This document shows positions 40,905 to 49,117 of a stretch of 64,000 nt of DNA, in pieces. How positions within the stretch are numbered: position 1 is the stretch's first letter; each line of letters begins with the position of its first letter. This DNA comes from a virus. The stretch covers positions 1 to 64,000 of the IMG/VR virus record IMGVR_UViG_3300046500_000236, one strand, 5' to 3'. Both the position numbers and the translations under genes were made by a program. The notes below the pieces were generated by a model. The model had not been told where the DNA came from. It was given only the letters and a program-made list of their open reading frames with translations, and did no database searches.

Positions 40905-42125
40905 ATGGCCCTCACTCAAAAGTTTCTCGAAAGGATAGTTACCCCGGGAAAGTTTCCCGACAAACACGGATTGTCAATCAGAGTCTCGGCAGGTGGCAGC
41001 AAGGCCTGGATCGTGCGCTACACCTTCCAAGGCAGACGGCGCGATGACGGCTTAGGCAAGTGGCCGGATGTGTCCCTTGAAGACGCACGCGCTAGGGCCA
41101 TGGAAATCAAACTGTTAGCACATAAAGACATCGATCCTCGGCTTGATAAGGCTGAGCGCGCTCGGCTGGCCGTGACTTTCCAGGACGATGCCATGGCTTT
41201 CATTGAGCGGCACCGCCATGACTGGTCGCAGGCTCACGCCCACCAATGGGAAGCGTCGATGCGCGACCATATTTATCCAATAATTGGCAAAGTGCCGGTG
41301 TATGACATTTACACTGACACCGTGCGCCAGGTGCTCGACCCGATCTGGCGTGAAAAGCCTGAGACCGCACGCCGCGTACGCAATCGAATTGAGCGTGTAT
41401 TGGACTACTCCAAGGCCATGGGGCACCGGACAGGCGAGAACCCTGCGCGCTGGCGTGGCCACCTGCAAAACATCATGTCCAAGGTGCTCCCGACACCGAC
41501 GCCCTTGGAATCCATGGATTACCAGGTACTGCCGGCGTTCATGCGTAGGCTCGATGCCGAAGACACGCGCGCATCGCGGTGCCTGCAATTCCTTATATTG
41601 ACAGGGGCTCGCTCAGCCGAGGCCATCGGCGCGCGTTGGGAAGAAATCGACTTTGAACACGCTGTGTGGAATGTGCCGGCTGTGCGCATGAAAGGCCGTG
41701 AGCTGCACATGGTGCCGTTGAGCGAAGCTGCTTTGAACGTGCTTAAAGAGGTGGGAACCCGGGGCAAAAGTGAGTTCATTTTCTCCAATCCCAAGCACGA
41801 CAAGTCGCTGGCCAACAACGCCTTGCGCAGGCTCATGACCACGATGGGCGAGGACTGCACTGTGCATGGATTCCGCGCCACATTCCGCACCTGGCTGCAG
41901 GAGAAAACCGACTTTTCGGATGAATTGTGCGAAGTGGCTTTGTCGCATGTGGTGGGTAACTCCACCTCACGCCGGTATGCCCGCGGCGCCCAGCTCGACA
42001 AGCGCCGGCCCATGATGGAAAGGTGGGCAAGATTCGCCACCGAACGCACCATTGCGCCCCAGCCCCGCCCTAGCAAGCGGCCGCAAACGCCCATGGACAA
42101 GGCTGCACATCGTGTCGCCGTCTGA
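40905..42125 (+). CDS. int: tyrosine integrase (P4-like, DUF4102 N-terminus)
   Basis: 406 aa. 'GLSIRVSAGGSKAWIVRYTFQGRRRDDGLGKWPDVSLEDAR', a catalytic region with 'LTGARSAEA' and 'HGFRATFRTW', and 'ALSHVVGNSTSRRY'. Confidence 0.9.
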   Translation: MALTQKFLERIVTPGKFPDKHGLSIRVSAGGSKAWIVRYTFQGRRRDDGLGKWPDVSLEDARARAMEIKLLAHKDIDPRLDKAERARLAVTFQDDAMAFIERHRHDWSQAHAHQWEASMRDHIYPIIGKVPVYDIYTDTVRQVLDPIWREKPETARRVRNRIERVLDYSKAMGHRTGENPARWRGHLQNIMSKVLPTPTPLESMDYQVLPAFMRRLDAEDTRASRCLQFLILTGARSAEAIGARWEEIDFEHAVWNVPAVRMKGRELHMVPLSEAALNVLKEVGTRGKSEFIFSNPKHDKSLANNALRRLMTTMGEDCTVHGFRATFRTWLQEKTDFSDELCEVALSHVVGNSTSRRYARGAQLDKRRPMMERWARFATERTIAPQPRPSKRPQTPMDKAAHRVAV

Positions 42126-42134
42126 AAGGTTGTG

Positions 42135-42167
42135 AAAAAACGCCCCAAGCTGCATTAGCCTGGGGCG
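42135..42167 (-). terminator. intrinsic terminator ending the late/lysis operon (convergent with int)
   Basis: CGCCCCA/TGGGGCG stem. A6 on the plus strand gives U6 on the minus transcript. Confidence 0.65.
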
Positions 42168-42308
42168 TTGTACTAGAAATTCCAGGTGGCCGTCAGCACC
42201 CATTGCGAATGCTCGTCTGCCAGCCAGAGCTTGCCGGTCATCTTGACCGGCACCTGGTAGACGATCAGCGTTGCCCGCCAGTACAGATCGGGCAATCCAT
42301 AGTCATCT

Positions 42309-42803
42309 TTAAGCCAGTCGACTGAGTTGAATATCAGCAATATTGAATCTCACCTTGTAGTCGGCAATCTCCTCATCGCTCAGCACTGAGATATCGAAGT
42401 CAGCCCAGGTCACGCCGGCCTGCTGACATTCATCCCAGGCATGCCACCCGCCAATCTCTAGCCCACTTTGAAGTGCAAAGCGTTGCGCCTCGTTGGCGCC
42501 CTGCAGCACGCTCATTTCGGCAAACAGGCTGTCCAGGTCGGCGCGCTTCTCGCCAGTGACGCGGCTCAGCATGTACCGGGCGTCATGGATCACACCCGGG
42601 GCACGATGATCGACGTTCGAGAACAGCCCGCTGGCCAGCGTCGGAATGCTGGCCAAGTCGGTGAGCATCCCCCGCGGGGCCTCATAGCTGACCCCGTTCT
42701 TATCCACGTAGTAGATCGTGTTCATCAGCGTCCACAGCTGATTGCTTGAAACCGATCGGTACGGGCGCAGGATAGGGGCGCCGCTAAAGCCCTGCTTACG
42801 CAC
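42309..42803 (-). CDS. DUF1353-like protein
   Basis: 164 aa. 'PRGMLTDLASIP' matches the DUF1353 'TDxaSiP' signature. Confidence 0.6.
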   Translation of the reverse strand: MRKQGFSGAPILRPYRSVSSNQLWTLMNTIYYVDKNGVSYEAPRGMLTDLASIPTLASGLFSNVDHRAPGVIHDARYMLSRVTGEKRADLDSLFAEMSVLQGANEAQRFALQSGLEIGGWHAWDECQQAGVTWADFDISVLSDEEIADYKVRFNIADIQLSRLA

Positions 42804-43281
42804 GAACCGTGGCCCCGAGCGCCTGCGCCACGGTGGTCGGCGTGTCAGGCGCTACCTGGGCGGCTGGGGTGGTTGTGGTCGCCGGCGAAAGGGTTGGCGG
42901 GGTCGTGGTGCTCGATGCGGTGCGCGTCGACTGAATCAAATCGGCCTGCTCTTGGGTCAGACGCCCATCGGCCACCGCCTTGGCAATCGCATCATCGATC
43001 AGCGTGGCCGCTTTCTCTTGCGCCGCGGCGGTCAGCTGGGCATCCAGTGTGGTGTCACCGTTGACGATGTCACACAGCCCGGAGTTGTAGACCTTCCCCG
43101 CGACCACCAGCTGGGCGACAGCGCGCTGAGTTGGGGTCAGGGAGCAGTAGCCGGCGACAGCACTGGAAGCGTCGGTGTAGACCGCGCCACCCACGGTAGA
43201 AACCACATGGCCCACGGTGGAACAGGCGGCCACAGCGGCCAGTGCCAGGCCCAAAACGGCGCCCATCAGAATTTTACGCAT
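42796..43281 (-). CDS. lipoprotein (spanin or exclusion candidate)
   Basis: 'MRKILMGAVLGLALAAVAAC' is a signal peptide plus lipobox. Thr/Pro-rich C-terminus. Sits directly after the endolysin gene. Confidence 0.65.
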   Translation of the reverse strand: MRKILMGAVLGLALAAVAACSTVGHVVSTVGGAVYTDASSAVAGYCSLTPTQRAVAQLVVAGKVYNSGLCDIVNGDTTLDAQLTAAAQEKAATLIDDAIAKAVADGRLTQEQADLIQSTRTASSTTTPPTLSPATTTTPAAQVAPDTPTTVAQALGATVRA

Positions 43282-43318
43282 TGGTATTTCTCCATATATT
43301 GACAACGGGTTGGGTGAA

Positions 43319-43939
43319 TCAAGGAAAAGGGGTGGGCGCTTTCAGGTCGCGCGTGCAGCTGGCCAGCTCGCTTTGGCGGCGCTTGGCAATGCCTGGCATC
43401 CACTTAGGGTTAAGCCACTGCATGATTTGCTGACAGGCTTCCCAGCGTTTGCCTGCGCGTAACAGGCGCATCATCGTGCTCGGCGCGCCGCTGGACTTGA
43501 GAGCAAACAGGCCGTCTTTAACGCCCTTGCCGCCTGGGCCGAGGTTGTCGTAGAGGCTGTTGTAGGCGTGCTGTTCGCCTTCGCTCAGGTCCAGATACGT
43601 GATCGTTCCGGTGGTCGTCTGGATCGTTCCAATACGGCGATTCAGATCGTCCTGGTTCTGCTGGATTCGCTCGAGCAACTGAGCGGAACACTCCTCGAGC
43701 GTTCGCGCTGGCTGGCCAAACTTCACGCCCAGCGTCTGGCCCATGCACACGGTGGGAATTCCCAAGCCGTCGTCATAGGGCGTCAGGCGAATGCCTTCGT
43801 AACTTGCGGCCGATACCGCGATGGCAATGACCAGCGCTTTCACGCCGGTACGCTTCCCTGTTGCACGAATCGAAGCCGCGGCTTCACTGGTCGTCGGATT
43901 CGCCATCGTCGGCACTCCCTGGCTGTTTACTGAGGACAT
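43319..43939 (-). CDS. GH24 lysozyme with SAR-type N-terminal anchor
   Basis: 'SYEGIRLTPYDDGLGIPTVCMG' carries the E-D-T catalytic triad spacing. It is preceded by the weakly hydrophobic 'VKALVIAIAVSAA'. Confidence 0.8.
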   Translation of the reverse strand: MSSVNSQGVPTMANPTTSEAAASIRATGKRTGVKALVIAIAVSAASYEGIRLTPYDDGLGIPTVCMGQTLGVKFGQPARTLEECSAQLLERIQQNQDDLNRRIGTIQTTTGTITYLDLSEGEQHAYNSLYDNLGPGGKGVKDGLFALKSSGAPSTMMRLLRAGKRWEACQQIMQWLNPKWMPGIAKRRQSELASCTRDLKAPTPFP

Positions 43940-44174
43940 GAATCGCCATGTTTGCGGTCTTGAGCAGAACCGAGACCGCGGCGTATATCGCTGGGTTGAT
44001 CACGCCGGCGCCATCCAGGCACGCCCACGCAACCGCCAGGCCGTCAGCGACAAGGCCCAGCGCAATCAAACGGGTGTTGTAGGGTTTGGCACTGCGGGCG
44101 CAGCGCTTTACGGCCCCCGGCCGCGCCTTAGTGACCACGGCCGTCAAACTCTTTACGCAGCTGCTTGAGTTCAA
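43884..44174 (-). CDS. holin/pinholin candidate
   Basis: Two TM helices ('LIALGLVADGLAVAWACL' and 'INPAIYAAVSVLL'), a basic N-terminus and an acidic C-terminus. GTG at 44138 is a plausible start. Confidence 0.55.
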   Translation of the reverse strand: MNSSSCVKSLTAVVTKARPGAVKRCARSAKPYNTRLIALGLVADGLAVAWACLDGAGVINPAIYAAVSVLLKTANMAIHVLSKQPGSADDGESDDQ

Positions 44175-44490
44175 AGCCCTGCTGCAGAACGGTGGTCTGA
44201 ATGACGGCCATGTCTTTGGTGGTGTTGTCTTGGGTGGTCTTGACTTGGCTCAGGTCGCGTTGCACCAGGGCAATGTCCTTACTAAACCCGTTAATGGAGT
44301 TTTGAATTCCATCGAGCTTGGTAACTGCGCTCTGGCAAAAGCCGATAAGCAGCGCGCCGGCCACGGTTTGGGCCAGCTTGATGCCGGCCTTGACCATTGG
44401 AGAATCCATTAAACGCTGCGTCTCAGCGGCCATTTTGCTATCCAAGAAATTCATGGTGGTTTCCCACATTTTGTATTGGTGAATAGCCAC
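44128..44490 (-). CDS. membrane-anchored coiled-coil protein (lysis accessory candidate)
   Basis: 120 aa with one TM ('AGALLIGFCQSAV') followed by a coiled-coil-like region. Start uncertain (GTG 44490, ATG 44469 or ATG 44454). Confidence 0.5.
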   Translation of the reverse strand: MAIHQYKMWETTMNFLDSKMAAETQRLMDSPMVKAGIKLAQTVAGALLIGFCQSAVTKLDGIQNSINGFSKDIALVQRDLSQVKTTQDNTTKDMAVIQTTVLQQGFELKQLRKEFDGRGH

Positions 44491-44513
44491 TAAATGGGCG
44501 GGGTTTGCGCCGA

Positions 44514-44804
44514 TTACGGGCGCTTGGCCAGCACCTCGGCGATGTTGGAAAGGCCCTTAATCATCGAGTCCGCACGGCTGATCTGCGCGGCCACAGCCTT
44601 GCCCTCGTTTTCACGACTTTTCTTCCAGTTCTCGAAGGGTTTGCTCGCAAAGAGCTTCTTGATTCGCTCGTCCGTGAGCTTTCCGCACTGGATCAGGTCC
44701 TGGCCGAAATACAGCGCCAGGTCAGCCCTGATCGAGTTGTACGAATCCCATAATGTGACGCGCTCGCTCGCTGATGCAGGAATGGGGAGGAAATCGGGCC
44801 GGTG
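44514..44804 (-). other. stop-free, high-GC3 reading frame with no ATG/GTG/TTG start
   Basis: 96 sense codons, '...WDSYNSIRADLALYFGQDLIQCGKLTDERIKKLFASKPFENWKK...AEVLAKRP'. It sits in the +1 frame relative to the end of the 44722-45510 gene and fills the otherwise empty 230-bp gap. Confidence 0.45.
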
Positions 44805-45510
44805 CTAACTCTGGCACCCCCTTTTCCTCGTCCGGGACACTGACCTGGTGCGCGATCACGCCGTGCAAATTGGTTGAGGCGTACACCAGGTGCGCCCCTT
44901 GTTGCTCGCACTGGCGATACCAGTCGAACAGCCCGACAAACTGGGTGTCCGCCAGCCTGCGAACCTCGTGGATGCGCTCGAGCAGTACGCTTTCGTACTG
45001 CGCATCGTCGCGGTACACCAGCACCTCCTCGTCGGCCCCACGCAAGCAGGCCGCCATGGTTGCGGCCCACCAGCTGTAATTGGTGGCCTTGAACGTACCG
45101 CCAGCGATCAGCGATTCGATCGTTTCTGCCTGGTAGCCGAGCATGGGGCTGTAAATCATCTGCCGGCCTTCGAACTCGAAGGCGATATTGGCCACGTCCG
45201 GCGTGAAGTCGGTGCTGCCCAGCAAGTAGTCGCGAAAATGGCCGTGGCCGATCGGGAAATCAGGACCGTCTTCGCGGGTCTGGCTCATGTAGTAGGCGGT
45301 CGCATAGATGCGCTCATTGATCGACCACATGCGCGGATCAGCGACGGCGCCGGGCCGGTCAATTGGCGTGCAGACATGGCGCAGCAGCGCGGTATAGGTG
45401 CGCTGCTCATAGACGGCCGGGATTTCACACAGCGCCTCGACCTGATCCATGTTGAGCAGTGACATGGTCACGGACAGCCGCTCAGTGTTCAGCGGTTGGA
45501 TGTATTTCAT
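44722..45510 (-). CDS. virion-module hypothetical protein
   Basis: 262-aa ORF. GC3 drops over its last 30 or so codons. Confidence 0.65.
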   Translation of the reverse strand: MKYIQPLNTERLSVTMSLLNMDQVEALCEIPAVYEQRTYTALLRHVCTPIDRPGAVADPRMWSINERIYATAYYMSQTREDGPDFPIGHGHFRDYLLGSTDFTPDVANIAFEFEGRQMIYSPMLGYQAETIESLIAGGTFKATNYSWWAATMAACLRGADEEVLVYRDDAQYESVLLERIHEVRRLADTQFVGLFDWYRQCEQQGAHLVYASTNLHGVIAHQVSVPDEEKGVPELAPARFPPHSCISERARHIMGFVQLDQG

Positions 45511-46214
45511 AGCGCCCCGAATGAGTCGTATTGGGAAAAGGTCAGGGTGACGGTGGCGAACTCATCGCTGGACCGCGCCAGGTTGCTTTCGCACGACACC
45601 GGGACCATTGGCCACGTACCCGAGTAGCCGTAGTCCTGCTGGACCGCGCCGTGGGTGATGGTGATGCTGTTGGTGTACTGCGATGGCAGACCGAACGTGC
45701 CATCAGGGGATGCGACAGTGAGCCGGAGCTGGTCGAACCACAGCTTGATTTCACCGTCCACGTCGTAGCAGGTCAGGTGCAGTTCCACTGGGTCAACGCC
45801 GGTCGGGATCTGGGTAAAGCCGCTACCGATCTTTCCGGGGTCCCAGCCCAGCTGCACGCCGTTGTAGGAGCATTCGATTGCGAGCAGGTTGACCCGCGGC
45901 GCCGAGATTTTGCCGATCGGCGCCACCCCCACATGCCACAGGTTGCTGCGCTCACGATTGATGCCCATGGCCTCATCGTGCATCTGCTCAAGCTTGCTCC
46001 AGGACACGCCACCCAAAAGGATGTTGTCTCCATTGTTGAACTTGGCAGATCGGCCAAAAACGGTGTCGGCCAGCTTGTTGGCCGCGCCGTTCAAGTTGCC
46101 GTTGAGAAAGTCGCGCGCCGCGGCGGTGTACTTGAGCTGACTGGTGCTCAGGCCCAGCTTGGGTGAGACCGCGGACGTTGCCTGATAGGCCAGGCGCTCG
46201 AAGATGCTGGCCAT
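45507..46214 (-). CDS. virion-module hypothetical protein
   Basis: 235-aa ORF, coupled. Confidence 0.65.
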   Translation of the reverse strand: MASIFERLAYQATSAVSPKLGLSTSQLKYTAAARDFLNGNLNGAANKLADTVFGRSAKFNNGDNILLGGVSWSKLEQMHDEAMGINRERSNLWHVGVAPIGKISAPRVNLLAIECSYNGVQLGWDPGKIGSGFTQIPTGVDPVELHLTCYDVDGEIKLWFDQLRLTVASPDGTFGLPSQYTNSITITHGAVQQDYGYSGTWPMVPVSCESNLARSSDEFATVTLTFSQYDSFGAL

Positions 46215-46618
46215 CAGATGGAAACCACGTCGCAGGAAAACGCCAGCCCGGGCAGGCGCTGCTCATACAGCTCGATCGCAGGGCCTACTTCGGCAGTGCC
46301 ACGGCCAAACACTTCGGCGCCCTGGCTGCGCGATGCTTCCAGCGCCAAGGCGTTTTCACGCTCCAGGTACATGTACCAAAGCGGCCGGATCACCGAGGTT
46401 TCGCCAACGGTCAGGTCGAAGTCTTGAGCGCCCAGCGCGGTTTCGCTGGCGTCGATGTAGACGTAGTTGCCATTGGCATCGCGTGCGTTCTTGAGGCGCG
46501 CATACCCGCAAAACTGGCGAACGGCTTCGCGCAGGCTGCGGGTAATTTGCTCCTCGGTGAGCACGCAGCCAATGGGCAGCTGCGCCATGTAACTCACTAC
46601 CAATTGGCTGATTTGCAT
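46214..46618 (-). CDS. virion-module hypothetical protein
   Basis: Start 'MQISQLVVSYMAQ' at 46618. The long ORF-track form is an Arg-rich overlap artefact. Confidence 0.6.
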   Translation of the reverse strand: MQISQLVVSYMAQLPIGCVLTEEQITRSLREAVRQFCGYARLKNARDANGNYVYIDASETALGAQDFDLTVGETSVIRPLWYMYLERENALALEASRSQGAEVFGRGTAEVGPAIELYEQRLPGLAFSCDVVSI

Positions 46619-46620
46619 GA

Positions 46621-47094
46621 TTACTGGTTCGCGAACCAGTGGAAGTGCAGCGTGCCCTGGAACAGCAGGGTTTGCGCAACGTTCTCCCAGTCGCGATCTG
46701 GCGTATCCATCACCAGTACCAGGTTTTTCAGTTCTTCCTTGCGCAGGTAGTCGTCCGGACGACCTTCGTACACGGTGGCGTTCAGGTAGCCGCCATTGGC
46801 GATCAACGCCTTGAGCATTTCGCTGGCCTGACCTTTGACGGTCTCGTACAGCGCTACCGGGCCTTCCTGCTTGGTCTTGACCTGTTGCGGCTGGACCATC
46901 AGCTGGCCGCTTGGGCCATAGGTTTCGATCACGTCGCCCACGGTCGCCACTGGCCACGGGAACTGCTTGCAGATCAGCGGGATGTCAGGGAATTCATCGA
47001 ACACGATCTGAGCGTCAGATTGAACAATCTTTCGGCCCATATCGTTAGTGTTTTGGAACGTTCGGCTTAGAACCGACATTGCATCAACGGCCAT
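46621..47094 (-). CDS. virion-module protein (tail-tube-like size, unproven)
   Basis: ATG at 47094 with GAGGG RBS. 157 aa. Confidence 0.6.
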   Translation of the reverse strand: MAVDAMSVLSRTFQNTNDMGRKIVQSDAQIVFDEFPDIPLICKQFPWPVATVGDVIETYGPSGQLMVQPQQVKTKQEGPVALYETVKGQASEMLKALIANGGYLNATVYEGRPDDYLRKEELKNLVLVMDTPDRDWENVAQTLLFQGTLHFHWFANQ

Positions 47095-47172
47095 ACTCTT
47101 ACCCTCGGGTCTGGAACAAACAAGGGTCATCGTCACACGCTGAAAACCCCGTATTTCCGGGGGGTTTGCGCG

Positions 47173-48351
47173 CTATTGGCGGGAGAAGAACTTGCGGATA
47201 TCAGGGCGATCGAGGGCGGTCAGCGTCGACATGGAGACCTGTACCGTGAGGTCGATGTAGTTGCCCTGGTTGTCGCGCGGCGCATCGAGCGGGTAGTCGA
47301 TGTTCTCGATCACCGATGGCGGGTAGGTGCGCCCACCGTGGGTCAATCCCAGCAGCAACGGCGCCTTGGACGGGAACAGGGCCTTGATGAACGAATCCAC
47401 GTCCTTGGTGGTTTGCAGCACCTCGGACAGAATGCCGTCGTCGGCCAGTTCCTGGGGGAAAACCCACTCCAGCAGCCGCGCAAGCGGCGCCTCGACTTCC
47501 TTTTGCGCATCCGTCAGGGCACGAAAGCGGATGCTGAAACCGAACTTCACTGGCGGCATGCCAGCGAATACCTGGCGACTGTTCAGGCGCGTGACGCCCG
47601 TGCGGCCCTGCAGGTCGTGCATGATGGATTTCAGCTTATCGGAGCTGGAATTGATGCTGTCGGATACAGCGCCGTCCTTGAACGGGCTGATGGCCTGCAA
47701 GGCATTGAGCACGGGGACAAGTCCACCGGTCTGCAGCATGCCTGTCAGGGTGGGCGCCTTTGTTTCGGGCCCGGAATTCTCGAACGGCGATTGCCAGTTC
47801 TGGGTAATGCTGACGCCACTGCCTTCGGCCAATGGCCCGTAAACGCCTGCAAATTCTGCTGTATTGGGCACGCCTTTGGCGTCACACACGAAAATGCGCG
47901 CCATCAGTACCTGAGACAGGTTGCCCCAGTCGCTGCCCAAGTCGTTGGAAAGTCCAGTGAGCCCGGGCAGCAGCCCGCCGATCTGGCCTGTGACCAGACC
48001 TTTGGCCCCTGCAATGGCCTTACCGTCGACGAGCTCAGTGAGCTTGCCTTTCACTTCACCGTAGACATCCGACACGGTGGTGTTGCCCTTGAACAGGTCA
48101 ATCACCGTGCCCGATACCTTTCCGACTGCGCCAGTGATGGCCTGCAGGTTTGCCTGGCCACCGACAGCTCCGGCCACCGTGTCATTCGCAGACTGTAGAA
48201 CGCCGTCTACAACGCTGGTGCCGACTTTGCCGGTGACCGATGCGACTGACCCCAGCAACGTGTTGGACGTATTGCCGGCGTCCGTGGGAGTGACGCCAAA
48301 GATAGACGCCCCCACGGTTTTGCCCAACGAGTCGGTACTGAAATCAGCCAC
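47173..48351 (-). CDS. virion-module protein, Gly/Val/Thr-rich N-terminus
   Basis: 392-aa ORF. Confidence 0.7.
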   Translation of the reverse strand: MADFSTDSLGKTVGASIFGVTPTDAGNTSNTLLGSVASVTGKVGTSVVDGVLQSANDTVAGAVGGQANLQAITGAVGKVSGTVIDLFKGNTTVSDVYGEVKGKLTELVDGKAIAGAKGLVTGQIGGLLPGLTGLSNDLGSDWGNLSQVLMARIFVCDAKGVPNTAEFAGVYGPLAEGSGVSITQNWQSPFENSGPETKAPTLTGMLQTGGLVPVLNALQAISPFKDGAVSDSINSSSDKLKSIMHDLQGRTGVTRLNSRQVFAGMPPVKFGFSIRFRALTDAQKEVEAPLARLLEWVFPQELADDGILSEVLQTTKDVDSFIKALFPSKAPLLLGLTHGGRTYPPSVIENIDYPLDAPRDNQGNYIDLTVQVSMSTLTALDRPDIRKFFSRQ

Positions 48352-48355
48352 GGCG

Positions 48356-49108
48356 TTACTTACCGATCATCTTCATGCGGATGCGCATGGACTTGGCGCG
48401 ATTGCGCTTTGCCGTACCCGAAAAGGCTTTGCGCTGCATCTTCTTGACCGCGATCTTCTGGGCTGCGGTCAAACGCACGGTGCCGCCGATGCGTTTGCTG
48501 ATGCGCACTTTCTTGCCTTTACGGATGGCCACCACCTTGCGGTAGGTCGCATCCATCATGTCGTCGCCGTCGCCATGGATGAACTTGTCGGTGTCATCCA
48601 TCATGGCTTCGTCGCCTTGCGGCATTTTGTCCAGCAGCGCGTCATGCACGCGGGCGGCCACGTCGTTGTCGAAGTTGTCGAGCAGCGAATCGATATCGCC
48701 GTCATCAATGCCCTTGTCCTCGAGGTAGTCGCCCACAAGCTCAGCAACGTCTGCGGCGTAGGCCGACTCGTCGTCAGTCAGATCCGCATCGCCGTCGCCA
48801 TCGGAAGCGGTACCGACTACCAGCGCATAAAGGCGATCGCCGAAACCTTCGCCCTCGCCCAGGTCATCGGTATCGGCCCAAGCGCTGACCACAGCAGCGG
48901 CGTCGACGCGCATTTCATCGGTGATCACCGACTTCACGTCATCGAACAGGAATTCACCATTACCCGAACCGTTGCCGTTGCCATTGGAGTTGTCGAGCAT
49001 GTTGCCATCCGGAGACGGCTCGACCTTGACTGGCGCTTGTACAGGGGCCGCAAATGCGGCCTCCATCAGAGCTTTGGCGCTGCGCACGCCCGTTAGCAGG
49101 TTGTCCAT
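48356..49108 (-). CDS. bipolar protein: about 190 aa highly acidic plus about 60 aa highly basic tail
   Basis: The D/E/G-rich body includes 'NGNGNGSGNG' and many DD/GD runs. The C-terminus is 'KGKKVRISKRIGG...KKMQRKAFSGTAKRNRAKSMRIRMKMIGK'. Confidence 0.7.
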   Translation of the reverse strand: MDNLLTGVRSAKALMEAAFAAPVQAPVKVEPSPDGNMLDNSNGNGNGSGNGEFLFDDVKSVITDEMRVDAAAVVSAWADTDDLGEGEGFGDRLYALVVGTASDGDGDADLTDDESAYAADVAELVGDYLEDKGIDDGDIDSLLDNFDNDVAARVHDALLDKMPQGDEAMMDDTDKFIHGDGDDMMDATYRKVVAIRKGKKVRISKRIGGTVRLTAAQKIAVKKMQRKAFSGTAKRNRAKSMRIRMKMIGK

Positions 49109-49117
49109 GTGTTCTCC

